Assembly (NCBI GenBank): GCA_049968515.1
Contig: JBMFQR010000001.1
Span: 35,154 to 99,153, forward strand
Origin: Brevinematia bacterium
GTDB lineage: Bacteria; Spirochaetota; Brevinematia; Brevinematales; JAOACQ01
Direction of reading: 5' to 3'
Length of the DNA: 64,000 nucleotides
Shown here: one piece after another, positions 52,941-62,387 of the stretch
Numbering within the stretch: position 1 is the first letter of the stretch
Layout of the letters: the number at the start of each line of letters is the position of its first letter
Notes under the pieces: model-generated
Seen by the model: the letters and a program-made list of their open reading frames with translations, nothing else
Told to the model about the DNA's origin: nothing
Database searches by the model: none
Program-made: the position numbers and the translations under genes

Positions 52941-55076
52941 ATGAATTTAATTGCTGATGCTTTGACAGTTTTCGGTAGTAGATTTGGGATTGGAATCAAT
53001 CCAGCTAAAAGGGAATGTTATCTCATAAAGGCTGATGATATTAAGGCCTTTCCATTTGAACTTGAAGCAGGCATTGAAGTTAATGGGAAGAGGATTTATC
53101 TACCACTTTCATCAGATAAGGAGAATTTTTACTTTCATGATCAAAAGCTAACTCCAACTACAATGCAATTGAGTGGTATAGATCCTGATAGTGGGCTTCA
53201 TCTTAAACTTAGCTTTATGATACCTTTCAGACCTAAAGATGTTTACTTTTCTACAATACCGGTTATATATATAAAGCTAAAGCTTGAGAAGCTTCCAAAC
53301 CCTTTTAGATGGTTTGGCGTTAAGATAACAAAGCTAGAGGGTAAGATATTTTTAAGATTTAAGTCTAAAAAGTTCAACTATGAATATGATAAGGATAAGA
53401 AAGAGGTATTGCTTTCCTATGAGCACATAATAAAAAGACCCCCAAAAGTAGAGGGAGGAGTTCTTGCACAGCTAAGCACACCTATCGAAGAAAAAAGAAA
53501 AAGTACTGACAGGATTGCAATACTGGAAGGTGATTATAGTGATGGAGAGTTTTACAGACATTTTGACATTAACTCTGATGGTGAGATATTAATTTGCTGG
53601 GCAAACTATGAGTCTCCAATTTTGAGTGTAAAAGGAAAGCTCTGTGAGTTTAAATATACTGAAAGTTTCAGAGATGTTCAGGATGTTGTAAAATGGGGAA
53701 AAGAGAATTATAGAGAGGTTTTAAAGAATTCCAATAATGTAGATAATATCTTTCTTTCTCATAATCTTGGGGTTTCGGTGAGCAATTTAATGTCTATGAC
53801 ATTGCATTCCTGGCTTTACGATAGCTGGTATGTAAGACTTGATGATGAAAAGGATTGGTATTCTGTCTGGGAAGGTTCATGCTTCTTCCATTCCACAATT
53901 GATGTTGAGTACACTCAATCGCCTTTTTATCTTTCAGTCTGGCCTGAATTGCTTGAGCTGGAACTTGATGAGTGGCCTCTTTATGCAAAGGATGGAGAGA
54001 TAGCCATTGGCGATAGAGGTAAGGGGAGTTTATTTCTTTCCCATGATATGGGATTGTTTGCAAATGCTGATAGACACTTCTACCCCCATGAAATGGAAGT
54101 TGAAGAAAATGCAAATTATATCCTTATGGCTTATGCACACTGGAGAAGAACAGGAAATGATGGTATTATAAGAAAGCATTTTCAACTTATCAAAAAGCTT
54201 ATGGATTTTATTTTAGCCTGTGATACCACCGGCAATGGAATAGTGGATTTATGCTGTGCAAATACAATTGACGATGCTTCTCCGGCTGTTCAATTTGGGA
54301 AGGAGCAGATTTATCTTGCTGTTAAGTCAATGGCGGCTGTTCTATGCGGAATTGAAATTCTTGCTTATACTTCAAAAGAAAATCTAAGTAAATACAAAAC
54401 TTTTGTGAGTAGGGCAAAGAATACTATAGAGAAAGAGGGCTGGAAGGATGATCACTACATAGTATCTCTTACGAAATCTGCAGATGGTCTTGTGGATCCC
54501 TGGAGCGGGAAGAAGCTTTCGGGTGAACTTGAAGGGTGGGATGCCTATCATATCTATACAGAAAATGGACTTGCACTTCTTGAGATGGTGGGTAAAAGAA
54601 TAGGTTTGAGTGAGAAGCGAATAAAAGAAGATATACTTAATGCTGTAAAAAATACTTTTACAAAATATGGTTGTAGGCACAGTAGCTATATTCATAATGT
54701 CCGTGATTCTGAAGTCAGAATTGGGCTGGCAAGCAGTTCGAATAAGGTTGGCTGGATTTCAATGAACATGCTGAGAGATATTGTTGCCTGTTACTATGGC
54801 ATCGATTTGTTTTATCTTGCTGAGAATTACTGGGACTGGCAGCTTACTACAAACTCACAGGATATCTATCTTTTTTTTGAAACTTTTTATGGAAATAACC
54901 TGAATCTTTATCCGAGGGGACTTGCTGTGTTTGGTTATATGGAGGCAATAGCTGGTTTTAGCTGTGATCGTGTAAATGGTAGGAAGTCAAGCAAGCCAAT
55001 AAGAAGAAACATTGAAATACCTATATTTATGTTTGCTGACTGGAGGGAAGGTAAAGTTTTAAAGATAAAAACATAA
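52941..55076 (+). CDS. cytoplasmic glycoside-hydrolase-like protein, distantly GH52 (beta-xylosidase)-like
   Basis: 711 aa with no signal peptide, starting 16 nt after the GH10 gene. Blocks WEGSCFFHSTIDVEY, FLSHDMGLF and TIDDASPAVQFGKEQIYLAVK parallel (from memory) the NEGEY / FTHDMG / YDSLD regions of GH52 enzymes. This is a weak call. Confidence 0.45.
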   Translation: MNLIADALTVFGSRFGIGINPAKRECYLIKADDIKAFPFELEAGIEVNGKRIYLPLSSDKENFYFHDQKLTPTTMQLSGIDPDSGLHLKLSFMIPFRPKDVYFSTIPVIYIKLKLEKLPNPFRWFGVKITKLEGKIFLRFKSKKFNYEYDKDKKEVLLSYEHIIKRPPKVEGGVLAQLSTPIEEKRKSTDRIAILEGDYSDGEFYRHFDINSDGEILICWANYESPILSVKGKLCEFKYTESFRDVQDVVKWGKENYREVLKNSNNVDNIFLSHNLGVSVSNLMSMTLHSWLYDSWYVRLDDEKDWYSVWEGSCFFHSTIDVEYTQSPFYLSVWPELLELELDEWPLYAKDGEIAIGDRGKGSLFLSHDMGLFANADRHFYPHEMEVEENANYILMAYAHWRRTGNDGIIRKHFQLIKKLMDFILACDTTGNGIVDLCCANTIDDASPAVQFGKEQIYLAVKSMAAVLCGIEILAYTSKENLSKYKTFVSRAKNTIEKEGWKDDHYIVSLTKSADGLVDPWSGKKLSGELEGWDAYHIYTENGLALLEMVGKRIGLSEKRIKEDILNAVKNTFTKYGCRHSSYIHNVRDSEVRIGLASSSNKVGWISMNMLRDIVACYYGIDLFYLAENYWDWQLTTNSQDIYLFFETFYGNNLNLYPRGLAVFGYMEAIAGFSCDRVNGRKSSKPIRRNIEIPIFMFADWREGKVLKIKT

Positions 55077-55099
55077 AGGGTTGCCAGAGGCAACCCTTT
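55075..55099. terminator. bidirectional rho-independent terminator between convergent genes
   Basis: An 11-bp stem AAAGGGTTGCC (55075-55085) / GGCAACCCTTT (55089-55099) with a 3-nt loop. T/A-rich on both sides. Confidence 0.8.
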
Positions 55100-55106
55100 A
55101 TTTTCT

Positions 55107-55979
55107 TTACCTTAATAGCTGTAACATCAGCTGGGGTTTCTGATTTGCCTGGGCAAGCATTCCGGTGGCAGCCTGCGTGAGTATCTGTGTTCTGACGAAT
55201 CTTGTCATCTCTTCTGCCATATCTGTGTCTCTTATTCTTGATTCAGCTGCCTGCATATTTTCATATCCGACAAGCAATCCTATTGCTGCCTTCTCAAGCC
55301 TGTTTTGATATGCTCCCATATCTGCCCTCTGCTTTGATACCTTCATAAGAGCAAGGTCAATCATACCAATTGCCATATTTGCTTTGTCCGGCGTACTTAA
55401 GCTTATGAATGAGGCGCTTTCTGCATTTCCTACAGGCGATTTGAGTCCGAGTCCCTGAGAGTTCATTGTTCCAATGTAGAGTCTTTCTCTCTGATCCATG
55501 TTTGCACCAATGTGCAGCCACATACTTGCTGTTACATTGTTTTCACCCGTAAATCTTGCAAATCTTCCAGTGAGAAGGTTCATTCCGTTGAATTGAGCAT
55601 GCGATGCAATTCTGTCGATTTCGTCGATTAGCTCTGAGACCTCGACCTGAATTTGCATTCTGTCTTCAGTGCTGTAGATACCGTTGGCAGCTTGAATGGC
55701 AAGCTCTCTTAACCTCTGGAGTATGGTGTGAGTTTCTTCAAGGTAACCCTCTGCAGTTTGAATTAATGAGATACCATCCATTACGTTCTGGTTTGCCCTT
55801 CTTAGACCCAGAATCTGGCTTCTCATCTTTTCTGAGACAGCAAGACCCGATGCGTCATCACCGGCTCTGTTGATCCTCATACCAGAGGAAAGCTTTTCAA
55901 TGTCCTTATCACCATCCCGGCTGTTGATCTGAAGTTGTCGGTGGGTAAAGATAGCACTGATGTTGTGGTTGATGATCAT
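55107..55979 (-). CDS. flaB: flagellin, spirochaetal FlaB core-filament type
   Basis: [11 protein letters not shown]..., [27 protein letters not shown], and C-terminal [35 protein letters not shown]. The ~290-aa size, without a variable domain, is typical of FlaB. Confidence 0.93.
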   Translation of the reverse strand: MIINHNISAIFTHRQLQINSRDGDKDIEKLSSGMRINRAGDDASGLAVSEKMRSQILGLRRANQNVMDGISLIQTAEGYLEETHTILQRLRELAIQAANGIYSTEDRMQIQVEVSELIDEIDRIASHAQFNGMNLLTGRFARFTGENNVTASMWLHIGANMDQRERLYIGTMNSQGLGLKSPVGNAESASFISLSTPDKANMAIGMIDLALMKVSKQRADMGAYQNRLEKAAIGLLVGYENMQAAESRIRDTDMAEEMTRFVRTQILTQAATGMLAQANQKPQLMLQLLR

Positions 55980-55998
55980 AAAATCCTCCTTGATTTTT

Positions 55999-56022
55999 AA
56001 GCAAAACTTCCCTGTTTTGCTT
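55999..56022 (-). promoter_or_regulatory. 5'-leader hairpin of flaB with GGA in the loop
   Basis: The minus strand reads AAGCAAAAC-AGGGAA-GTTTTGCTT (9-bp stem). Lies 8 nt upstream of the SD AAGGAGGA (complement of 55984-55991). Confidence 0.45.
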
Positions 56023-56033
56023 TCTTAGTATTA

Positions 56034-56060
56034 GATTCGGAAGAAGACAAATTTCATTTA
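56034..56060 (-). promoter_or_regulatory. candidate sigma-28-like promoter for flaB (TAAA-N15-TCCGAATC)
   Basis: The minus strand has TAAA (complement of 56057-56060), 15 nt, then TCCGAATC, against the consensus TAAA-N15-GCCGATAA. Only CCGA is conserved. An alternative sigma-70-like TTGAAA-16-TAAATG also exists. Confidence 0.3.
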
Positions 56061-56145
56061 GATTTTTTGACGATTTTTTCAAAAAATTGATTAAATCACC
56101 TTTCCTTTTTATTATATTTAACAATTGAATAATAAGGGGAGAAAA

Positions 56146-57111
56146 ATGATTGAATTTGCTGAAATTCAGGTTGTTACAGAGAAACTGATTGCAAACATAG
56201 AAAAGGTTATAGTCGGTAAAAGAAATATCATTGAAAAAGCCCTCGTTGCATTATATTGTGGGGGGCACATCCTTCTTGAGGATGTCCCCGGTATTGGTAA
56301 AACAATGCTTGCAAGGTCTATAGCTAAGTCCATAGATGCTACCTTTAAAAGAATTCAAGGTACTCCTGATCTACTCCCTGTTGATATTCTTGGTGTTTCA
56401 ATTTATAATCCTGAGAATAAAAAGTTTGAATACAGAAAGGGCCCGATTTTTTCAAATGTTTTGCTTGTGGATGAAATAAACAGGGCTACACCGAAAACTC
56501 AGTCAGCATTGCTTGAGGCAATGGGAGAGGGACAGATTTCGATTGAAGGAATGTCTGTACCACTTCCAAAACCCTTTCTTGTGATAGCGACACAGAACCC
56601 GATCGAGTTTGAGGGCACATTCCCTTTGCCTGAGGCACAAATGGATAGATTTTTTGTTAACCTGACAATAGGTTATCCGGAGGAGAAAGAGGAAGAGGAG
56701 ATAATATTGAGACAGAATGAGTCCCACCCTATAAATTTTTTAAAACCAGTTATAGGAATAGAAACACTACTTGAAATCCAGTCCTTAATTCCATCTGTCC
56801 ATGTTGATGATTCACTAAGGGAGTATATAGTAAAGATTGTACAGTCAACACGAAATGATCCAAATCTAAATCTTGGTTCTTCCCCGAGAGGCAGCATTTC
56901 ACTATATAAGGCAACTCAGGCTTATGCCGCAATGAATGGCAGGGACTATGTTATTCCAGAAGATATAAAGACTATGGCAAGAGAGGTTTTAAGACACAGG
57001 ATGATAATCAAATCAGAGGCCAGACTCAAGAAATTGAATCCAGATTCTATAATAGAAAGGGTGTTGACTTCTCTGCCTGTTCCTCTTGAGGCTAAAAAAG
57101 AGGAAGAGTAA
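56146..57111 (+). CDS. MoxR-family AAA+ ATPase
   Basis: GHILLEDVPGIGKTMLARSIA (Walker A), VLLVDEINRATPKTQSALLEAM (Walker B / sensor), ATQNPIEFEGTFPLPEAQMDRF. ATG at 56146 after GGGGAG. Confidence 0.92.
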   Translation: MIEFAEIQVVTEKLIANIEKVIVGKRNIIEKALVALYCGGHILLEDVPGIGKTMLARSIAKSIDATFKRIQGTPDLLPVDILGVSIYNPENKKFEYRKGPIFSNVLLVDEINRATPKTQSALLEAMGEGQISIEGMSVPLPKPFLVIATQNPIEFEGTFPLPEAQMDRFFVNLTIGYPEEKEEEEIILRQNESHPINFLKPVIGIETLLEIQSLIPSVHVDDSLREYIVKIVQSTRNDPNLNLGSSPRGSISLYKATQAYAAMNGRDYVIPEDIKTMAREVLRHRMIIKSEARLKKLNPDSIIERVLTSLPVPLEAKKEEE

Positions 57112-58289
57112 TGTCGGTTGGAAGATATTTTTTTGTATCTTTAGTTTTGCTCGCGTGCTTTTTGTTTATTGATTTTCCTGCTGCAAAGATAATCACTTAT
57201 GGAGTATTTGTTTACATCTTGCTTAATTATCTTTATTATAAATTTGTCTATCATAAGCTGAATATAGAAAGAGGAAATAAGGATTTTTACCTTTTTTCCG
57301 GAATTTCTGAACTTGCAGTAGTAAAAGTTATAAACCTGCTTCCATTCCCTGTTCATGCATTGATTGTGAACGATCAATCAGATCTTTCAATTTCTGTAAG
57401 ACAGGTCTACTCTTTTCTAATATCTTTAAATGTAAAGGAAACGAAAGAATTAACCTATGCGGTCTGTGGAAAGAAGCGTGGACTTTACAGGGTTGGTCCC
57501 ACCATTATTAAATTCAGTGATTTTTGTGGAATTTTTTCATTTGAGGTAGAGCTTGACACAAAAAAAGAGATAATAGTATTTCCCACAATATATCCATTTT
57601 ATGAGCTACCATACAAAAGCCTTCAGCCACAGGGAAATTTTAAAAATAAACTTCCTATTTATGAAGATGTATCAATGATAAAAGGTGTAAAGGAATACCA
57701 GCCGGGTGATGAACTGAAAAGGATAAACTGGAAGCTTTCAGCCAGACTGAACAAAATACTTGTTAATACCTACCTTCATTCTGTTTCACTTGATAGCTAT
57801 ATAGTATTAAATCTATTCAGGGATGATTATGAATTTAAAGAGGGTTTGTTTTATTCAGAAAGGGCGATTGAAATAGCGGCTTCTCTGGCCTATTATCTTA
57901 ATGCTAAAAAGCAGAAATTTGGTTTTGTTACCAACTGCAGGATTGATGAGGAGGAAAAAATCTTAAATATCCCCATTGCTTCTGGCAGCGATCATCTCAT
58001 TTCAATTATAAGCCAGCTTGCTTTGGTTTCTCAAGCAAAAACTCTTGCTTTTAATATGACCCTTGAACAATTGAACTCTTTGAAATGGGGAATTTCTATT
58101 TATGTTATTTCTCCAGTGATTAAGGAAGAGCTAATTTATGAATTGCTTGATTTATACAAACTGGGGTATTCGATTTCAATTTTTACTGTTGGACCTAAAA
58201 TTGATAGGAGCCTTGGATTGAAAGACATTGGTTTTTTAACCTATTATTTAGAGGTGGAGAATCAGATTATAAATATGTTGCCGGTTTAA
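57111..58289 (+). CDS. DUF58-domain protein (vWA-like, MoxR partner)
   Basis: N-terminal TM pair. VKEYQPGDELKRINWKLSARLNK is the DUF58 signature. The start overlaps the MoxR stop (TAATG). Confidence 0.85.
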   Translation: MSVGRYFFVSLVLLACFLFIDFPAAKIITYGVFVYILLNYLYYKFVYHKLNIERGNKDFYLFSGISELAVVKVINLLPFPVHALIVNDQSDLSISVRQVYSFLISLNVKETKELTYAVCGKKRGLYRVGPTIIKFSDFCGIFSFEVELDTKKEIIVFPTIYPFYELPYKSLQPQGNFKNKLPIYEDVSMIKGVKEYQPGDELKRINWKLSARLNKILVNTYLHSVSLDSYIVLNLFRDDYEFKEGLFYSERAIEIAASLAYYLNAKKQKFGFVTNCRIDEEEKILNIPIASGSDHLISIISQLALVSQAKTLAFNMTLEQLNSLKWGISIYVISPVIKEELIYELLDLYKLGYSISIFTVGPKIDRSLGLKDIGFLTYYLEVENQIINMLPV

Positions 58290-58298
58290 GGACTGAAT

Positions 58299-59792
58299 AT
58301 GTTTCAAATGAGTAAAAGGTATTTTTGTTTTTTTATCTATATCTTTTCAGTTTCATTTGGAGCAATGCTTTCCTATATTTTTTTTAGCTTTTTAATGCCT
58401 TTGCCGGTAGAGGTTTATTTGCTCATTCCTTTTTCTTATTTAGTTGTTGGATTTATTATTTATCTTTTTTTATCTTTTAAAATTTTTGATTTTTTAAGGG
58501 TTTTACTGGCAACTCTTTCCTTTGTAATATTTCTTGGTGCCGAGATTTTTATTTATAATAAAATCAGAAAAATAAGTATTGGCAGGCTGGATTATATTTA
58601 TACTTTTTCATCTGGAGTTGTCTTTTTTTTGGTGGATTTTTTGCTTTCAACGTTTATTTATGACAGGTTTAAAAAAATTGATATGGTTATTGAAAATGAG
58701 GCAATGTTTGAGAGCAGGAGTAAATACATCCAGTGGGTAAATGATGAGTATGGTGAAAGGATGGATAGACTTGAGCCGGGATGGTTCGTCAGATTGGCTT
58801 CAAATTTACTTGTTGTTTTTCTTCTGGCGGCATTTCTTTCAGTAGCAAAAAATAACTTCAACAGGGCTTTTCTATCAATTGCTTTACTCCTTTTTGTTTT
58901 TTCTTCGGTGGGTATCTATCTTATTCTCTATCAGTATTCTTCTGTAATGAAGTGGAGATTTCTTGGTTTCAGGGTGAAAAAGGATGTTATTTCAAACTGG
59001 AATAGGCTTATTGGGGTATTTTTGATAATTCTTTTTGTAATTCCTCTTTTAATACCATGGAATTTTACTGTCTTCAGGCTTAATTTTCTTACAGATTTTT
59101 TAAAAAGCCTTTTCCCTGTTATTTTCAGGGTCAGTGAGGAAACTGCGAGGGAAAGCGAGTTTTCTCTAAATCAGGGTAATATTACTGATAATAATGTCGC
59201 TGAAACAATGGAAAAGATTGTTAAGACTGCAAGGGATTTAATTATTTTACTAATTTTGACTTATTCTTTTTCTGTGGTTGTCGGTTTATTGTTGAAGCTA
59301 ATATACAGAAATAAAAAGAAAATCCCTTTGATTGCAAGGTTTTTCATTTTTTGCTTTGATTCGCTTGTTTCTTTACTATTGAAAATCAGGGATTTTATGA
59401 GATTGATTTTCGAGTTAGCCATTGACTTTTTCAGTAAAAGGAAAGAGAAAAAACCAGATGAAAAGCTTGTGAGGCATTTTTACACTTTTTTTGGAGAGTA
59501 TAAAAAACTTCCTTCTGAAAAACAGAAAGAGATAGAGAGTATAATTAAGGAATTTATAAGACTTATTCAGGTTTCAAGCAGGTTTGTTCTGCCATATACT
59601 TTCTATTTTGGTCCCAAGGAATATATGGATAAGGTTTCCGAGAAGGTTGAAGTTGCAAGAGAAGAGATAGATGAGGTTACTAACATTTTTAACGAAAGTA
59701 GATATAGTTTGCATTTGCTTTCTGATGAGAAAAAGCAGAAGTTTAGAAAGCTAATAGATTTAATAATTGAGAAAATCACGAGAATGTTTTAA
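58299..59792 (+). CDS. polytopic membrane protein with DUF4129-like C-terminal domain
   Basis: Six or more TM segments. The C-terminal cytoplasmic region (LPYTFYFGPKEYMDKV...IFNESRYSLHLLSDEK) resembles the DUF4129 pattern found in MoxR/DUF58/transglutaminase-type operons. Confidence 0.5.
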   Translation: MFQMSKRYFCFFIYIFSVSFGAMLSYIFFSFLMPLPVEVYLLIPFSYLVVGFIIYLFLSFKIFDFLRVLLATLSFVIFLGAEIFIYNKIRKISIGRLDYIYTFSSGVVFFLVDFLLSTFIYDRFKKIDMVIENEAMFESRSKYIQWVNDEYGERMDRLEPGWFVRLASNLLVVFLLAAFLSVAKNNFNRAFLSIALLLFVFSSVGIYLILYQYSSVMKWRFLGFRVKKDVISNWNRLIGVFLIILFVIPLLIPWNFTVFRLNFLTDFLKSLFPVIFRVSEETARESEFSLNQGNITDNNVAETMEKIVKTARDLIILLILTYSFSVVVGLLLKLIYRNKKKIPLIARFFIFCFDSLVSLLLKIRDFMRLIFELAIDFFSKRKEKKPDEKLVRHFYTFFGEYKKLPSEKQKEIESIIKEFIRLIQVSSRFVLPYTFYFGPKEYMDKVSEKVEVAREEIDEVTNIFNESRYSLHLLSDEKKQKFRKLIDLIIEKITRMF

Positions 59793-59823
59793 AATTTATT
59801 ATAAATAAAAGGCGGAGTGTAAG

Positions 59824-60762
59824 ATGAGACTTTCTATAATTATCCCGTGTTATAATGAAGAAGAGGTTATTGGAAAGACATATGAGAGATTGAAAGATGT
59901 TGTAATGAAAAATAAGATAAAGGATTATGAATTTGTCTTTGTAAATGATGGCAGCATGGATAAGACGCTTGAGATACTTGCCAGTTTTGCGAAAGATAAT
60001 AAGAACGTAAAAGTCATTTCTTTCTCAAGAAATTTCGGGCATCAGGCAGCTGTCTCGGCAGGTATAAATGAATGCAGTGGTGATGTAGCTGTGATTATTG
60101 ATGCAGATTTACAGGATCCACCTGAAGTTATCCCAGAAATGATAGAACTATATCTTAAAGAGGACGCAAATGTGATTTATGGTGTCAGAAAGGAAAGGAA
60201 GGGGGAGAGCATCTTTAAGAAGTTGACAGCACATTGTTTTTACAGGGTTTTAAATATGCTTTCTGAGGTAGATATTCCTCTTGACACTGGTGATTTCAGG
60301 CTTATTGATAGAAAGGTGATAGACACATTTAAGAATATGCCAGAAAGGAACAAATTTATAAGAGGGATGATTAGCTGGGTAGGTTTTAAGCAAATTCCTT
60401 TTTATTATACGAGGGATCCGAGACTGGCTGGAAAGACAAAATATCCTCTTGCTAAAATGATAAAATTTGCTATGACTGGAATATTGTATTTTTCAAAAAA
60501 GCCTTTGAAAATTGCGATGAACCTCGGGTTTTTTTCAATACTCATAGGGCTTTTTCTAAGTATATATACGTTTGTTGCACATTTTTCTGGTATTGTTATG
60601 ACAGTTCCGGGATGGGCTTCTACAATAATTACTGTGGTTTTCTTTGGAGGGGTGCAGTTGTTAACAATTGGTGTTCTCGGTGAATATATAGGAAACATCT
60701 TCGATGAGGTAAAAAAAAGGCCAGAATACATTATAGATAAAAAGTTAAATTTTGAGAAGTGA
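59824..60762 (+). CDS. family 2 glycosyltransferase (polyprenyl-phosphate glycosyltransferase, GtrB/ArnC/DPM1-like)
   Basis: LSIIIPCYNEEE, FVNDGSMDKT, SRNFGHQAA and IIDADLQDPPE, plus two C-terminal TM helices. Confidence 0.9.
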   Translation: MRLSIIIPCYNEEEVIGKTYERLKDVVMKNKIKDYEFVFVNDGSMDKTLEILASFAKDNKNVKVISFSRNFGHQAAVSAGINECSGDVAVIIDADLQDPPEVIPEMIELYLKEDANVIYGVRKERKGESIFKKLTAHCFYRVLNMLSEVDIPLDTGDFRLIDRKVIDTFKNMPERNKFIRGMISWVGFKQIPFYYTRDPRLAGKTKYPLAKMIKFAMTGILYFSKKPLKIAMNLGFFSILIGLFLSIYTFVAHFSGIVMTVPGWASTIITVVFFGGVQLLTIGVLGEYIGNIFDEVKKRPEYIIDKKLNFEK

Positions 60763-60767
60763 TTCTT

Positions 60768-61385
60768 ATGAAGAGGCTTAGATTCTTAATTATTTTTATT
60801 TTGACTGCTATTTTGATTGTTTTTTTAATTTATCTTTTTCTCAGTTATGCCAAGAGCTTATTTATTAAAAAGAAATTAAACCTTGAAAATGAAATAGCGA
60901 GACTTAAAAGTGAGTATACATTTTTTAAATATCAGATTGATTCAATTAATGATGGTAAAGTTGCTTTTACCTTCTTTTTTCTTGACCAGGATGGTAATAT
61001 TTTTACCAATGGCAGTCTTGTTCTTGATGGAAGTGATATTTTTCTTGAAAGCAGGGTTATATTTTTAAACCCTTCAAACTCAATTGTTTTTCCACTGCGT
61101 TTGTATAGCGAGTCTGTTTCTCCAGATAAGGGTTTTAACCTTACCAATTTTTATGCTAATAGAGAATTTCTATTTTATCCAGAAAAGAAAGAGATGGGAA
61201 GGTTTTTTGAAGCAATCTTTTCTTTCTATGTGCTTGGGGAGGGAAATATTGATAGATATAAGCATTTTGTGAAGTTTTACATGGATGTAGTCATCCATTC
61301 CGGGCTACCTTTGCAGGAGGGGGATGTCTTTGAATGTGTCCTGCATCCCGGGGGGCAATTAGAGTTGAAAAGGAGTGAATTATGA
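60768..61385 (+). CDS. membrane-anchored protein, unknown function (paralog of the next gene)
   Basis: N-terminal TM (FLIIFILTAILIVFLIYLFL). Shares LKSE..., G..IFLES.VIFLN and FPLRLYSESVSPDKG blocks with the 61382-62239 product. An alternative GTG start is at 60759. Confidence 0.5.
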   Translation: MKRLRFLIIFILTAILIVFLIYLFLSYAKSLFIKKKLNLENEIARLKSEYTFFKYQIDSINDGKVAFTFFFLDQDGNIFTNGSLVLDGSDIFLESRVIFLNPSNSIVFPLRLYSESVSPDKGFNLTNFYANREFLFYPEKKEMGRFFEAIFSFYVLGEGNIDRYKHFVKFYMDVVIHSGLPLQEGDVFECVLHPGGQLELKRSEL

Positions 61386-62239
61386 GTAACAAGCTTGAAA
61401 GTTTGTTTAAATCTGTTGATACCTTGAAAGGTATTTTTCAATTTCTGTTTTTTACGGTTTGGGGATGGGTTGTACTGGCTATTTTTTTCCTGATAGTTGT
61501 GATATTGAACTCAAAGAATGAAAAGGGTATGTTTTCCTTCAGTAAATTCTTAGGAATATTGACTGACAGGCTTTTTTTCTTCTTTACCAACATTTCTCAG
61601 CTTTTCCTGAGTATTTTGATAGTTTTTACCCTTCTTTCTTTAAAGCCGGTTATTAATGAGATCTCGGAAACTCTTTCTATTTACAGGGATGTAAAAAACC
61701 TTACTGCTTTAATGAAAAATCTAAAATCTGAAAGAAAGATTCTTGAGGTTCAGGCAATTCCAGAAGAGGATGGAAACATAAATCTGAAATTAAAATACTT
61801 CGCTTATTCTCCTGTGAAGGACATTGATGTATTGACCGGCGAGGCAGAATACAAAATATACGGGAAAAAGGTGTATATTGATTCTCTTGTTGTAAATTTT
61901 AATTATTCACTTATTGAACAGGGAAAAGCTGTAAATCTTGCTTTGCCTTACAGGGCTTTTTCTGATTCTGTTTCCTTTGATGAGGGGGTTTCAATACTTT
62001 CAAAAGAGAATGATATACCACTTTCCTTAAAACTCGACGACAATTCGATTTTTTTGCTCGAGAAAAAAGAGTTTGATTCTGTAATTAAAAATGTAATGAA
62101 GGCACTGAGTGATAAAAAACTGGCTTTAAAGATGGGGATTAGGACTTTCTATAGTGAGGCGGTCGTTATAACCCCATCCAGAAATAAAACTTACTCTATA
62201 TATTCCACTGGAGTTGGTGGTTTAACGCTCGGCAGATAG
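61382..62239 (+). CDS. membrane-anchored protein, unknown function (paralog of the previous gene)
   Basis: Two N-terminal TM segments, then LKSERKILEVQ...GKKVYIDSLVVNFN...LPYRAFSDSVSFDEG. The start overlaps the previous stop (ATGA). Confidence 0.5.
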   Translation: MSNKLESLFKSVDTLKGIFQFLFFTVWGWVVLAIFFLIVVILNSKNEKGMFSFSKFLGILTDRLFFFFTNISQLFLSILIVFTLLSLKPVINEISETLSIYRDVKNLTALMKNLKSERKILEVQAIPEEDGNINLKLKYFAYSPVKDIDVLTGEAEYKIYGKKVYIDSLVVNFNYSLIEQGKAVNLALPYRAFSDSVSFDEGVSILSKENDIPLSLKLDDNSIFLLEKKEFDSVIKNVMKALSDKKLALKMGIRTFYSEAVVITPSRNKTYSIYSTGVGGLTLGR

Positions 62240-62387
62240 ATATTGTTTTTACGATGATTGTAATCTCTTTAAAATGACAAATCTGGATTCGGGTATTAAG
62301 CATTGAGCACACGAGTGCCTGTAATCTGGCAATATTTCTCAAGCTATGTTAGAATGATTACACTTTTTTTTCTGACAGGAGTCTTGT

